Positions 38,601 through 52,219 are shown, counted from the first letter of the stretch. The stretch: 64,000 nt of DNA from Klebsormidium nitens (GCA_000708835.1 DF237317.1:1-64000); one strand, 5' to 3'. Numbers and translations: made by a program. Notes: a model not told the origin generated them from the letters alone.

Positions 38601-39361
38601 GCTGTTTCCATCGGTGCAGCTGCGTGGCGCTCCCAACCACAGCGCCCGCTTTGGTGCGGTGGTTTGGGCGGCGCTACCGGTGGCCGTACCTGGTGGGCGG
38701 GCTAGCCATGCTGGGCCTCGCGGCCGCGGCGTGGGCCTTCGAGTCTGGGCCAACCTACTGGTTCTGGCACAGGTGATGTCGCTCAATACGCACGGGTATC
38801 TCACCTTTGCCCTTACCGCCTTCTCTTCTTGGCTGAGGGATTGCACATGCTAACTCATCGCCTGAACCCAGACTGGTTCGAGCGAAATTGATCGGTTCAA
38901 GCTGGGAGCACGAAGACTACAATTGAGTTGGTAGGTGTCTAAACATGCGTTCGCGTGGATTGGATACGAACTGCGGTCGCGTTTTGAAAGCTCGTGTTAG
39001 ATCCTTGAAGGTGCAGTGGTAAACAAGGATAGCGACACTCCCGACGTCAGTTGGTTGGATGTGGCAGCTCAAAAATGACGGCAACCGGCTTTGGGGCTCC
39101 GTTCCCAGGTGGCTCATTGCTGACCCGTGCGCCCTTTTTGTATGCAGCCTGTGGCACGTGGCCATCTTCATGTGCCCCTTTTTCCTGCTTAGCGCCACGA
39201 CGGCCCCGCAGGACGCACGGGGAAGCGCGGCCGCGCAGGGTTATGCGGCGGTGCTGGACGAGGAGACGGACCAGTGTGCAGACGTGGAAGAGCGGGAACT
39301 GAGAGTGGTGGTGGAGCCTCCGCGTTCCTCATTACCGGCAGGGGAAGGGCTCAGCTCCTGA
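32606..39361 (+). CDS. TMEM8: TMEM8/PGAP6 (myomaker/CREST superfamily) membrane protein: signal peptide, long ectodomain, EGF-like domain, 7 TM; 12 exons, ~939 aa
   Basis: Exons 32606-32885, 33077-33135, 33429-33489, 33861-34042, 34239-34913, 35219-35868, 37143-37287, 37500-37604, 37860-37999, 38215-38370, 38620-38772, 39148-39361. EGF-like CPRDCSGHGNC...CECDRTHGGVDCS, then LALTLSNAA, SAVYHMCD, LQFADF, YWFWHSLWH. The three small 5' internal exons are less certain. Confidence 0.87.
35917..36969. mobile_element. Non-autonomous TIR DNA transposon (MITE-like) in TMEM8 intron 6
   Basis: 55-bp terminal inverted repeats at 35917-35971 and 36915-36969 (52/55 identical, start AGCGG(G/A)GACAAGGAG). 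Flanked by an exact 7-bp direct repeat CTGCTAG (35910-35916 and 36970-36976). No coding capacity visible; the interior contains the N gap. Confidence 0.8.
35980..36679. other. Assembly gap (700 N)
   Basis: Run of N. The 34 nt before it (35946-35979) are identical to the 34 nt after it (36680-36713). Confidence 1.
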
Positions 39362-40498
39362 ATGTAACTTACAGTCAAAAGTTCGTGCGAGGCGGCCAGG
39401 TATGAAAAGCCCATATTGCGAGATCAAAAAATGCTGATCCTTGAAGGCATCCTTGAAGGAGCGTCACACGAGCAAGAGCGCTGGTGGCGAAATGTTCACT
39501 AACTGCTGTACAGTATTGCAAGCTTAAGTTACTGGATCCAAGGATCCCGCCCGCATTAGTAAGCCAACTCCTTCGAGCAACGTGAACGAAAGAGCTATAC
39601 GTCAAAGTATACACGATTGCAGTTTAGCTCAGGCCTGTGCAGTGCGGCAATCAGCATACAAGAGAGCTGTTCTGAAAGTGGTTCTTTTCTTTTGGTGGAC
39701 ACTGCATGGTGAGCCGGTAGGATTTCCTACGAGCCTCGTATGCTGGCATGCTCCGAACATTTGTCAACGCGTCATATCAGCTGAATGGGCTTGGTCCATT
39801 GCTTCCGACCAAACGGCTTTTCGTCTTTCGTCTCGCTGTTTGTATGTGCTCTTGCCTACCCAGTTGTTTTTCGAGCGACTATGGCCGTCTGCCAGACTAT
39901 AAAGGCGAGTGGCTGGGCTACCCATACTTTCCGGCCCGCACCTCGTGGGGGCTCTGCCTGATCTTTCGCAGAGCGGGTCTTACTAAAGCATTAGATGAAT
40001 GCATGCATTCAGTTATCGCAGCCTGACGCGCAGCGCGGCATGTCTGCATCTGGCACCAACGAGCGCGTGCGGGCACGCACATGTGATCCGATCAATCATC
40101 ATTGCGCGGGCCATACTGCAAGTGGCATCCGGCACGTGCTGAAAACATACTTAAGCTAGAAAGTTACGCACCTTCGCATGCGTCATCACGAATGAAAGTA
40201 TACATGCCAGGAAGTACTTTCATGACCTGTGAGTAAGGCATGGAAGGAGGTACGCGGCGTCGCCGGTCCCAAATCGTGAATTGTGCGTATACTGAACTTA
40301 GTATCTCATGGATGTTCAGCATTCATACACGACAACTTGCCAGTTTGGACCGGGCCTGCCCTCACCTCGCAAACAGACACTCATATCACAGCATGCTGAT
40401 ACAAAGCTGATGTTGCGGACCATACAACACCGTCTGTGTTGGGAAGATTGTGCGTGCCAAGCTCAGGCTGAAAAAGCCCTTGTCACGGACATGGCACG

Positions 40499-43400
40499 CT
40501 AAAGTTTCGCAGTGGGCGCGTTTTTGGCGGCCGCCTCTGCGAGCATCTTTTCGAGCTCAAACTCGAGCTCCTCGCCCTCCGGCAGCGGAGATGCGTACCA
40601 CGCGACTTCGCCGGCCTTCACCTCCGTCAAAGCTTTGGGTTGCCACTGCACGTACAAAGACGACGGTCACCTTCTTTGATCACGTGGTCTCAAAAGATCA
40701 ATGCGAGAAGCACACGACAAGCCCTCCTGCATCCCGACAAGCACGTCTTGCAGCATTCATACAGCCACGCCCTCTTGCAACCGCCAGCGGCTACTCCTGG
40801 CCACAATGGGCCACGCGCGTGCACCCCGGCGTACCTTCGGTTTCATGTCCTTGTCCACCAGCATCGCGCGCACACCCTGCATCAAAGCGCAGCAGCGCTA
40901 CTGTTAGGACAAGTCACAAAGATGGCACACTCACACGAAGCCACGGGTTCGCGACTAAGGTGATCACCCGGCTCTGGCAGGCAAAGAACGCGCCGGTAAC
41001 ACAAGAGACAAAAACCAAGCGCAGCCAAACAACGGCAGGGGCTGCAAATGTTGGTCTGAAGACAGTAGGGGCCGTCACCTCGTAGAAGTCGGGCTTCTCC
41101 AGGCAGCGGTAGGTCAGCCGGAACTCGGTTTTCAGCGCCTTGCTTAATGTCAACGACCTGCCCCGCTCGATCTGCACACGGAACAAGAGGGTCACATCTC
41201 TAAAGGGTCCACCTTCGAAGCCCAAAAAATCAACGAGCAGCTCCCGCCTAGCCAAGCTGTCGGCCTTTCGAAGGCTTATGCCACTTTTGAGATGTATTCG
41301 TAGCCCTCCTCCGAGCGTCGACGTCACCTTTCAAGTTGGAATTGACCGGCACAGACACAAGTCATGAGTGTGCGAACCGGAGGCTTGGTCCGGGAGCAAA
41401 TGCGCTTACCGATCGATGCGTGATTTTGAGGCTGGTGGGCGAGGCTTTTTGCATGGAGGCCAGAATGTCCTCGACCCACTTGTTGCCCGGCTCCCGTGCG
41501 GCCTTCCTCTGACGGGGGGCAACGGCAAACGGTCAGACAAGTCCGCAAACACAGAGATGTACGCTGTCCAAAAATGAGAATCTTAAGCGCAAAAGATGGT
41601 TAAATCGAATAGGACAACGGCTGCAGGGCGGTCCGAGTCTGGCCCAAGAACTTCCAGCCAAAATCCTTTGCTAGAAAAGAGCACCAGGTTGCCCAGCAAT
41701 TCGAAGACGCTCAAGACGACGAAGCAGCCTCACGCAGACTGTCACCGCAGCCCACTGGAGTAAACGCCACCGGAGGGGAAAGACCAACCGCACTTGCAAG
41801 ATGAAGCAGATAAAGAGACGACGACATCTCTGCAACGAGAAAGGACACAAGCACAGTGGAGGCGGTGCGCTTGGCCTCACCAGCGCGCCGATGATGTGCT
41901 CCACGCTGTAGTTGGCGAAGCACTCGTCGATTACTTTTCGCCTGCATCATCACCGGGGCCACCGTCAGCGTCAAGACATGCGCCCCCAGATACTGGCACG
42001 TCCTAGCTTTGCAGCCCAGCTGGCCGGCCGTCACCCCCCCTGAGGTCGCGGCCGAACAAAACCAGACAGGACAGCCCTGCTCAAAGCTGGGCGCCTGCCA
42101 CGATGCGACCTGGGCGTTTGCGCTAACGTCAACGTCTAGACTGAGGGTGGCGTCACCTTGCGAGGATGCTGACGTTGGGGTCGGCCTGGTCAACCGTGGG
42201 CCGCTCCGTGATCTCGTACAGCACGCTCTCGATGCCGTCCCGGCTGAAGTCGCGCAGCGCGCCAAGCCGCTCGATCAGCAACGGCAGCCGCTGCAACACC
42301 GCACTCAAAAGCTCAACACACGATAGCAGGAAGCGCCGTCTATTCTTACCATAGACAAGAACAGGCTCGTCCCCGGCCATCCTCTGATACTCCCACCGTC
42401 CTCGGGCTTAGATTTCATCGCCGCATCCTCAATCTACCCAACATGCCCGGAATGCTAGCAAGGTGATGAGAATGCGCTTGGTTTCGAGCAGTTCGACTTT
42501 GTGGTGCGTACTTCTGAGGGCATCCAGTGCGTGGCCAGGCCGAGCGCCACCATGTTGGCGCCGTCCAGGCGGGCGCCCGTCAACGCCAGGTACATGCCTG
42601 CACCAGAGGACGCCAGCCGGGGTCAACGAGGGGCAAGCAACGATAAAGGGGGGCCATAACTGGGTAAAAGAGTGTTACCAACAATCAGCCCAGCGTTTCT
42701 AGTCGATGACAAACTTGCTGATGGATGTAGATCGCAAAACGAGTAGTTTCTCAAGAGAACACAATGCGTACAGCAGCTATGGCTCGGAAACTACCAGGAA
42801 TGACGTATGTAACGCTCTTGCAAACGTGCGAACGCCAGTCGGGCGCACAAAGGCCAAAGCCTCCGGTTCTCGGACTCCTGGATAGACAAAGATTTGTCGC
42901 CTCACCAATGGAGCTATCTCGGAGGAGTGGACTTCGGTGGTTGAGGAACCACGAGGCGCCAACGTCGGGGTGCAGACCAATCGCACACTCCGGCATGGCG
43001 CAGACCTGCGGGTAGGGTCACGACGAGATTGAGAGGACTGAGCAGAGTCGGACCAAGGCAGCAAGAGCCTAGGACGGGCGGGCTGACTGCACATGTGCAT
43101 CACCGCGACACCCAAATGGCAGATACAAGCGATGGAACATGCAACCTGGATGGCCTCAGAGCGCGCGGCGGGTGCATTGCCTTACCGTGTTCTCCGTGGC
43201 GATCCGGATGGGCCCGTTGATCGACACGCCGCACCCGCCCCCCATGGTCACGCCGTCCATCCAGGCAATCTGAAACACAGGGCAAACAGATCGTTGGTGA
43301 CCTCAGGCTCAATGATATACAACCTGAAGAAGGAAACGAATTCGTCAGAGAAAGATCGAAACAAGGACTACGTTTGAGGTGTCTTTGACGTGCCGGCTTG

Positions 43401-44932
43401 GGTAGCTGCAGTCACTACAAGCCACTCACACTGGCAAAACAGATCTTTGGCGACCTCTGGCTTGATGATATGAAACCTGAAGAACGAACGAGTTCGTCAG
43501 AGAAGCCCGAAACCAGGACAATATTCAAGGTGTCACTGGCATGCCGGCTAGGGTGGCTGCAATCAGTCCAACCCACTCACCACCGGCTTCTGCATCTCCG
43601 CCAGGAAGTTGTTGACGTTGTACTCCCACCGGAAGAACTGCTTGCACTCTTCGTGCCGCCCTGCAATGGCAAGATGACTGTTACCCTCCGGTTGTAATCT
43701 GAGAGGGGCAGCAAATCGCATGCGACTACTAGCAGCTTCCGTCCAGCGCTAGAACCGGAACCACGAAGTCCTGTCAATGATATCACCACGAGAGCAACGC
43801 ACTTGACAAAGGCCTTCAGAATACTCGCTGGAAACCAGGGGAGAATGAGTTTACAAGAGGCAGGGTTAAGTTAAGTAACACCACTCACCAGCCTTTCCCA
43901 TCTCGTACACTGCGCGCACATCTCCCCCCGCACAGTAGGCCCGCCCAGGGGGACCGGCTCCCTGTGCAGGAGACAAGTGTTTCGAGCGGGGCCCCTCTAA
44001 AGCTAAAAGGCCGCGCATCATATTGAAGATGTTGAGGATCTGTCACTTCCTGAAAGCAAGCGCTGTTAAATGCATGCCGCTGGGATCAACAGGTTATAAG
44101 AGCTGGTTTTGAATCCAAGAGTGTACTATCCGCCTACATGAGTGGTGTCCTCACCTTCAGGATGATGACACGAGCGTGAGGCCGGGCTTCCCAATTTCGC
44201 AAGGTCCTGGCCAACTGTTTCATCTGCATGGTAAGAAGCAAATTTCGAAACAATCCATGGGAAAACTGAGAACCCCCAGCTTGGTCTCACAATGTGCGAT
44301 TATAAACCTCTGGCTGTCAGCAATATCGATGTGGGCCTAGTGGCTCCGGCTTCTTACCATGGGGGTATTGAGAGCGTTGAGAGCCTTCGGTCGGTTCAGA
44401 GTTACTACTCGCACAGGTCCAAACGCCTCTTCCAGTACCTGGCACAGCAAGCGGAGGAAGAAGCTGTCTTTTCTTTTCTAGTCAATCTGGTTGAAAACCA
44501 CCTAAGCTCCCAGAATTCACCACCTAGCTTGCTTCCTTGAAATTGTTTTCTAATGTTGAGTCTGAATCACCGGAAGATCAGCAGAGAGCCCGCTGCCCAA
44601 AATGCAACAATCTGAACAACTTGAGTATCTGCATGCCACCCAAGTTTTCTCAGTTTTGGAGGCGCATAGAAGCACAGAGCCACCTTCAGAATCCTCACCT
44701 CAGGCTCTGCCGCGGACGCCATGGGTGCTCTTTGATTTGGCAGGTCTGGTTTCACTTCAACCCCTGCGGGGGCGTGCGCAATTGTGCGACACCCGTCTAA
44801 CAGACCCCAGTTGCTGCTTGGCCAACCTTCTTTCAAAAGTTCACCTGACGGTAGAATTGACCTACTTGAAAAAGTGAACGTTGTTCTCAGCTGTGACACC
44901 AGGGAGCGAGGAGCCACCTGATGCCAATGCAT
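40499..44932 (-). CDS. CHY1: 3-hydroxyisobutyryl-CoA hydrolase (CHY1/HIBCH family), 14 exons, ~460 aa, C-terminal AKL
   Basis: Exons 44932-44699, 44438-44358, 44223-44155, 43961-43889, 43660-43581, 43269-43186, 43005-42906, 42597-42512, 42290-42157, 41941-41881, 41508-41410, 41171-41079, 40876-40835, 40645-40499. Motifs [73 protein letters not shown]. Confidence 0.95.
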
Positions 44933-45990
44933 CACTGCAAACGACAACCTACGTCTGCCGGCAGCTAAAAGCCAGCCGTGCAGGAATCAGTGTGGGGTCA
45001 GCACACCGTCAAATGCAGCTGCACCACCGCAGATACCACGACTGATGCACAGAACCTTTCACAGCCACTCTTGTGTAACACCGTGCACGACCTCAAACAC
45101 CACCACCACCAACTTGATCATCAGAGGCTGGGCAAAACTCAAATGCTTAAAGGGGACTCGAATTTGAGAAGCTCCCTGCCTCATCCCTTGACATTGCCTA
45201 CGCTTTCTATGTATGTACAGCTAGAGAGCGACACCTAGAAATTCAGCATGGCACTTTCAACCAGGCTGAGGTAGCACATGGTGGCATGAAGTGCTGCAGC
45301 TTCCGAAGTGCACTCAACTAGAAACTCTACCGGAAAACTCGGACCGATTGGCAGCAGTCCAGTAACAGGATATCTATTGGCTGGCTACAGTAGCAGCGCA
45401 CACCAACATTGTCGACTCTACTGAAAAGGTAGTCACCTCGTTCCTCAGGCTCTATCTCGTGACTTTTGAAGGGCGTCATGCGCGTTGAGTTTGGCAGAGG
45501 CGTCGGCGGCTTAAGCTTAAGCCTAAGGCGCTTGCTTCGGAAAACAAGCAAGAGTGATTGTTACTGTGAACAAAGACGTTGAGTTTGGCTGTTAGATTTG
45601 GCGCGCCAGGCCCGTGCTCTTGCAGAAAGGATGGTACGGCGATTGGGCGAGTCTTGAAACGGAATGCTCCTTGAGCCAGGGCTGGTGAGGCATTGCCCTG
45701 ATGTTCTGAAGACTCTGAATAGTACCAATTGATAGGTCAGGGATTTGAGCAGGAGCTATCCAGTTATCTTCTCTAATATATCATTTGAGGGCAAGTGATC
45801 CAGCTGATCCAAGCAGTGTAAAAACAGTGACGAAAGGAGTCAGCACCACCGTTGATCTTTGTGCATCACTGAGAAGGTGGGTGTTTATTAAAGTCGTCCA
45901 ATGCAGCAAATTATGAGGCTGCCCTTGGACGACCGTGCTCATTGAGATTGAGAAGGGAAGGGAAATCTGTCGGCGGAGGCGTGAGTGGCT

Positions 45991-48900
45991 ATGAGTGCCC
46001 CAGGGAGACCTCGCAAAGAGCGCAGGGTCAGCTATGTCATTGGCCAAGCGCACGAGAATCAGGTGATGCTCGCGGCTTTTTGCTAAGCATCGCAAGCGGG
46101 GGGAAGGAGCTCTGTGGGTCTAGAAAGTGCTTTTGTTTATGAGGTGGTGAGGATGACTTGTTGAAAAGTTTTGCTTCGGAATTCATCATCTAAAAGTGCT
46201 TCCGATGTCAGCTGTGGCAAAATGAGTGCAACAGTAGACCACCGATCAGGAGGACACACTATCCACTCTTTGCCCCTAGGAATTGTCAGCGGCTAGGGGT
46301 TGATTGCAAAATGCATGGGAGAGCATGATGCCGTTCTCAACACAGATTGTCACCGTGCCCTCCTAGAGTCGCTTATGCCTGGGGTTTGTTTGCCTAAAGT
46401 GACTCGCAGTTGATGTGAGAAATATGTGTAAGACCTTTCGATCTGCGCCAAGGTATCTGTTCATTAATCCTTGGTTCGAAGCTCGGCAGATGCAAGACGA
46501 GGTAAACTCTGTGGCGTCAGTGCAAGGTACGTGGACATGAAAATCATCCCAACGGAGGGAAGTCCTCTCTTTCAGACCCTCATCCTGTTAAGTATTTGCC
46601 TTCCTTCTCCTCCCCTGAATTGTCGCTCATTCTCTTGCAGCACTGCTCGGGTGTCACCGCGTTGCTCGATAAAGTTCCCGCGGCTGGGGGCGGACACACC
46701 CTGTTCAGCGCCGGAAGAGATGGGACAGTTCGCCGGTGGCAGGACGCAGATGGTGCCAATCCGACTTGGAGCGCAACGTTCGAAGCGCACACCGACTGGG
46801 TAAGCCCCTTGCAACTGACCTTTTCATCCCAGCTTGGAGAGAACATTCAGCATATAACCTTGATGAGGGGCCGCCGACTCGCTCTTGTTCTTCTGGGTGC
46901 TTTCTAGCAAACGCGTGCGCTTGAAGGGCGTGAGTCGACCGCGTGTGGCCTGCCTGCAGGTGAATGACATTGCGCTGGTGGGCGAGGACCGTCTGGTGTC
47001 GGCGTCCTCTGACACCACCATCAAGGTGAGCGGCCCGCGCCAGGCAGCACTCGTATGCATCTATCGTAGCTAGTGCACGAGTGGGCACTCTCAAGCATGA
47101 TTCCCCGAGTGATGGCCTTTGCTCACTGCCCCTTTGGCCTGCAGGTTTGGAACGCATCCTCCTCGGGGGAATGCTTGCAGACCTTTCGCGAGCATTCCGA
47201 CTACGTGACATCCTTGGCTGCGGCGAAGCAGGTGAGGGCTCAGCCCCACTCTCAAGGAATGCCCAAAAGAGTCACGCCCACGCCCAGTGCAGCGCCCATC
47301 GCTATCAATTCAGTCAACCAACTATCGCCTCCTCTTTAACCACGCCATCTGCAGGGAGCCTTGGTCTCTGCGGATCAGATTTTCCCCACGCTTGTTGTGA
47401 GATCCTTTCAATTTTCTTGCCTACCAGGTTCCTGTAGTTGCCTCGGCTGGGCTTGGGTGTGAGGTATTTGTTTGGGACCTCGAAGCGGCCCTTCGCCCGG
47501 TTGTGCGGGCTGCCCCGGACCCTGCCCCTTCGCCCCTCCCTGCGGTCCCTGCCCCTGGGCTGGCGTCCTCCACTCGCACCGCCCCCCCTTTGGCGCGCAC
47601 CAGCAGTGCCCCTACCCCAGGCCCTCTCGCTGGCTCCCTGCATGGTTCCGGTGAGCCAGGCGCACGCAGGGCGACCCTGGCCTCCAAGATCCTGCATGTT
47701 CTGCATGGGGGGTCTACTCCCCTTCTATGACACGCTAGACTGCTTCTGACTTCAGCTTTCGTCAAAATGAAAAGGGGGTGGACAGTCTGCAATTTGTGCT
47801 TCGAGGTAGTGTTTCTTAGCTTTTCTGAGTGTTCTCTTCTAAGCCTGGTCTGGTGCATACTCAGGTGCTGTCCCGGCTCTGGAGGGGCCGCGCCTGAGCA
47901 GCAGTGGGAGCGCGGCAGGGGCCAGCGGCAGCGGCGAGGGGTACCGGCCCGTGGCGTGCAAGGGGCACAAGCAGTCGGTGTATGCGCTGGCCATCAACGA
48001 GGCAGGCACCCTGCTGGTCTCGGGCTCCACCGAAAACGTGAGCGTGGAACCCGCTTCTCTGCGAAACCCACTTTCTCGTCTCCAACCTGCTTCTCGTACG
48101 GATGTGTCTCGATAAAAGTGGTGGAAAGGGCGAGCGAGAGGTGCTGTCCTGCGGGCAAAGAGTTGCGCATAGCACCCATTGTCTGGGCAGCCTGAAGACG
48201 ACCCGTTTTCAGGGGGGGCTGATAATGGGACATGTGCGCAGGCGATCCGTGTGTGGGACCCCCGCAGTGGCCAGAAGCAGTTCAAGCTGCGGGGCCACAC
48301 CGACAACGTGCGTGCGCTCGTGCTGGATCCTTCCGGCAAGTTCTGCCTCTCAGGCTCCTCAGACGCCATCATCAGGTGAGGCGGCCGCAGCGCAGGATCG
48401 AAAAAGCGTGGACATCTCATTGGACTCTGCTTTTGGCTATCACCTGGGTAGTTCTATGATTGAACGACGATACCTTCACTGCCAGATTGAAGGCTGCAGA
48501 GCGTTGGGAATGTTAGCTTGCGCAAGAATATGACAGAACTTGGGATTCCTTGCTTAGGCTTTGATATGCTGGTGTGTCGAAGATAAGTATGCAAGAGTCT
48601 CCCGATTGGGCTGCCAAATCAAGGCAGCTGTTCTGCGTATATGAAAGTCACGGCTGATGCAGCTTGCCTGTCAACCACCACCAGCATGGGTTTGACGCTT
48701 TGTGCTCAACAGATGTTACCTCGCCGTTGTGCGCGCAGGTTGTGGGACTTGGGCCAGCAGCGGTGCATCCACTCGTACGCGGTGCACACCGACTCGGTGT
48801 GGGCGCTGGCCGCCAACTCCGCCTTTGACCACGTCTTCAGTGGGGGCCGGGACGGTTGTGTGAGCCCGCCACTCCGTGTCGCTGACCTGCGCTCTCAGGG

Positions 48901-51900
48901 TCTTCGAAAGAGCTTGTCGGATCGACGTGTCTTGTCTTCTGCGCCCGCATGTCTTGATCTGTAGGCAGTCCCTTGTTCCCTTCTGCCCGTGGCCGTTTCC
49001 ATGGCCGTGCCGTCTGCTGCAGCTCTCGGCCTCGCTGATCCACCCCCACCAGCAATTCCCCCGCACAGCGGTGCTTGTCCCAAGGCCGCTCGCTGATCCC
49101 CATGTTGTGCGCAGATATATTCGACGGACTTGTCGTCCCGCGAGAGCGTGCTGCTGGCGGTCGAGCCGCAGCCCGTTCTGGCCATTGCGCTGGCGGAGCG
49201 CGCCCCGTCCCCGCCATCTCTCTGGGCCTCCACCCCCGCCAGCGACCTCCACCGCTGGCCCGCCGCCAGCCCCGCGGGGGCCCCCTCGGCGGTGCGCCGT
49301 GCCTCCTCCTTCGTGGCGGGCAGCCTCGCCATCACCCGCGCGAGGGCCTCCGTTGACGGGTCGGCAGCCCCAGTACGTACCACCAGCTACGAGCTCCCCC
49401 GAGGAGGGCTTGACTTGATATCTGCTTTTTCGGAGATGTCTGTCTCAGTGGGGTGGCAGAGGATCGTTCCTAGAGAACAGATACAATTGATTCTGCAGAC
49501 ACCTCAGTAGGTTTTATTATTCAATTCGGAAGCAAAACTTGCAGCCCGGCCCTCCCCCCCATTCATTGGCTTGCCCCGTCGACAAATCCAGCTTGCTCAG
49601 TATGCGGAGCCCAGCCCTGCCGTGCCGCTGACAGCTGTTTGCCGTCTTTCGCAGGTGCCGGTGGCGAGTCGTCCCCTGGCCACCATCGCGGGCAGCCCCG
49701 CCATCGTGCAGCACGCGGTGCTCAACGACCGCCGCCACGTCCTCACCAAGGTACCGCCCCTCCTCGCGCTCCAGAGAGCTCGCTCGAAACTGGGATCAGA
49801 AACGCCGTGTCAGTCAGAGTCTGCTTAAGCAAGGCTGGCAGCCAAGAAGAGTGCTGCCGGTTTCCGATTTGCATCTTCAGGGGACCCGGTCTTTGCCTTA
49901 AGGGGGTGAACGGGTGAACGGGTGACACGGGTGTCGCTGAGGGCTGACTGCGTGGCTGTGCGGGGTGATGCAGGACAGTGCGGGCGAGGTGCAGCTGTGG
50001 GAGTTGACGCGCGGCCAGGTGGAGCAAAGCTACGGCCAGGTGGGCGCCGATCCACACGCGGTGCAGCCGCTCTCGAGTGATCCCCCGTTTTGTAACTGTG
50101 TGGGTTGTTATGATATGCCAACGCGTTGAACGACAGATGCTGACCAGCTGCGCTCCCTCGTTGGTTGCAGGTTGACTTTGAGCAGAAGGAGAAGGAGCTC
50201 TTTGAGATGGTGAGCAACGGCCCCACCACTGCTCCGCTCTGGATGTGCCATCTTCAGATGCAGCTCTCATATCAACACTCTCGCAAACCTCCTTTGTGAC
50301 ATTGTTTGCCCCCTCTAGTTGCTGCCGTGCCGCCTCCTGGTCTAATGGGGTGTGTCGTGGCGGCGGTGCAGGTGTCGGTGGCGTCGTGGTTCACGATGGA
50401 CACGCGGCTGGGCAGCATCAGCGTGCACCTGGAGACGCCGCAGTGCTTCGCGGCCGAGATGTACGCAACCGACCTCGCAATGCCCAACGTGTCCGACGAT
50501 CTGAAGGTGAAGCACGGGCGCTCATACCAGCCACTCTGGTACCGCGTGTGATTTTTGGGGGCATAAAGAAAGCACACGTCGAAACATGAGCGGCTTCAGG
50601 ATGGCATCGCATCGTGTATCTGCGGGGTTGGGCAAGCCTTTGGCCAAAACGTTGCTTTATACTGGACAGAAAGTCATGTTACCTGGGTGGCAAAGGCTTA
50701 CTTGCCTAAGGTCCTGGCCACAATCCTGGCCACAATTCCCCCTTGGTACTTTTGCAGAACATGAAATGACTCCGCTCAAAGCGGACTACAGTTGAGGTTG
50801 GACTTCGATTGTCCCTCCTCTAAAAGTAGCACCACTTGCTGTCAACGGAAGGGTGCAGTCCCTGCCCTGCCCTCCTTGCACCAGAAGGCTCCGTTTCCTG
50901 ACGTCCTCCTGTTTGCGCGTTGCAGCTCAACCTGGGCGAGTACACCCTGCGCGGTCTCTTCTCCCATTGGCTGGCCGGCCGGCGCGAGCGCGAGAAGCGG
51001 CAGCCGCCCCCCGACCCTGCCCCCCAGGACAGCCCGTCCGCGCCTGGGGACTCCCCCGGTCCCCCCACCCCCGACCCCCAGGACCGCCGCCAGTCGGATA
51101 GCCAGCCCGAGGCGGGCCCGGCGAGCCTGCCCCCAGCCTTCCAGTTCTCGAGTGCCGCGCCGCCGTCCATCATGACGGAGGGCGCGGAGGGGGGCCCCTG
51201 GCGGCGGCGCGCCACAGAGCTGACGGGGGACGAGGGCGACGAGAGCATACCAGGCTGGGCTAGGGAGGCGCTTCATGGGAAACTGCCGCAGCGGGACCAG
51301 GCCAAGTGAGCAAAGCCAAGCGACCGGAGCCGCCAGGATCATGGCACGTGCAAGCTGCAATGCATAGTCTGTGTTTGGATCGGCACTGGCTACGTGCAGG
51401 GCTGTGGCAGAAATAAGAAGAGTGTTGTAGCTTTTCCTGGTTGCTGCGAGAGCGGGCTGAGTAGGCATGCCTTTCCGGTGCCTGTTGTGTACTGAAGCGT
51501 TCTCTGGTGTGCCCCGCTGCCAGGTGCAGCTTCCACCTGGTGCCCGTGGAGGGGTCCGGCCTCAAAGCCTTGACGCAGGGCAAGCTCAGCGCGCCGCGAA
51601 TACTCCGGGTACACAAGGTCAGCCACTGGCACTGCCGCCTGGCCTGCCGCCCTGAGCCGGCTCTCGCACGATTTGGAGCATGCCGCCACTTGTGCACCTC
51701 CATGCGTAAGTACCAGTCTGCCGAAATGCATCTTTCTCGTTCTTGATACGGTCGTTGCTGATTACAGCTTTCTCTGTCGCAGGTAACGAACTACGTGATT
51801 GAGCGGTTGCAGCTAGACGTGCCGTCGGCATTGTCAGATTCAGGGCCGCCGGACGCGCATCCCGGCGGAGCCTCCAGCAATGGAAGCGTCGACACGGGGC

Positions 51901-52219
51901 AGCCGGAGAGAGCGCCCACAAAGTCGACGCGGGTGGAGATACTATGTAACGATCAGGTGAGGGATGCATACGCGGGGCTGCCTGTGGCACACCACCGAAC
52001 GGTCCTCGGCAGGAAGCCGTGGAGCGGAAGGTCCGCGTGTTCGTGATTTGCGAGGAACATTGTGAGACGATCGAAGGAACGCCAATCAAGTGCCTGAATG
52101 ATCGGTACGTTCCGCAGGTACTTAAGCCGGAGTGGAGCCTCGCAACAGTGAAGGCCTATGTCTGGAAGAAGCCTGAAGATCTCCTTCTTCAGTATCGCAC
52201 GGTTGTTGTTGCAGCCTAG
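45991..52219 (+). CDS. WDR48: WD repeat-containing protein 48 (UAF1/LRS1, deubiquitinase cofactor), 17 exons, ~792 aa
   Basis: Exons 45991-46062, 46641-46799, 46960-47025, 47145-47231, 47428-47650, 47865-48037, 48242-48375, 48739-48859, 49115-49372, 49655-49750, 49974-50039, 50171-50209, 50372-50506, 50926-51305, 51524-51617, 51783-51956, 52118-52219. Motifs [76 protein letters not shown]. Confidence 0.95.
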
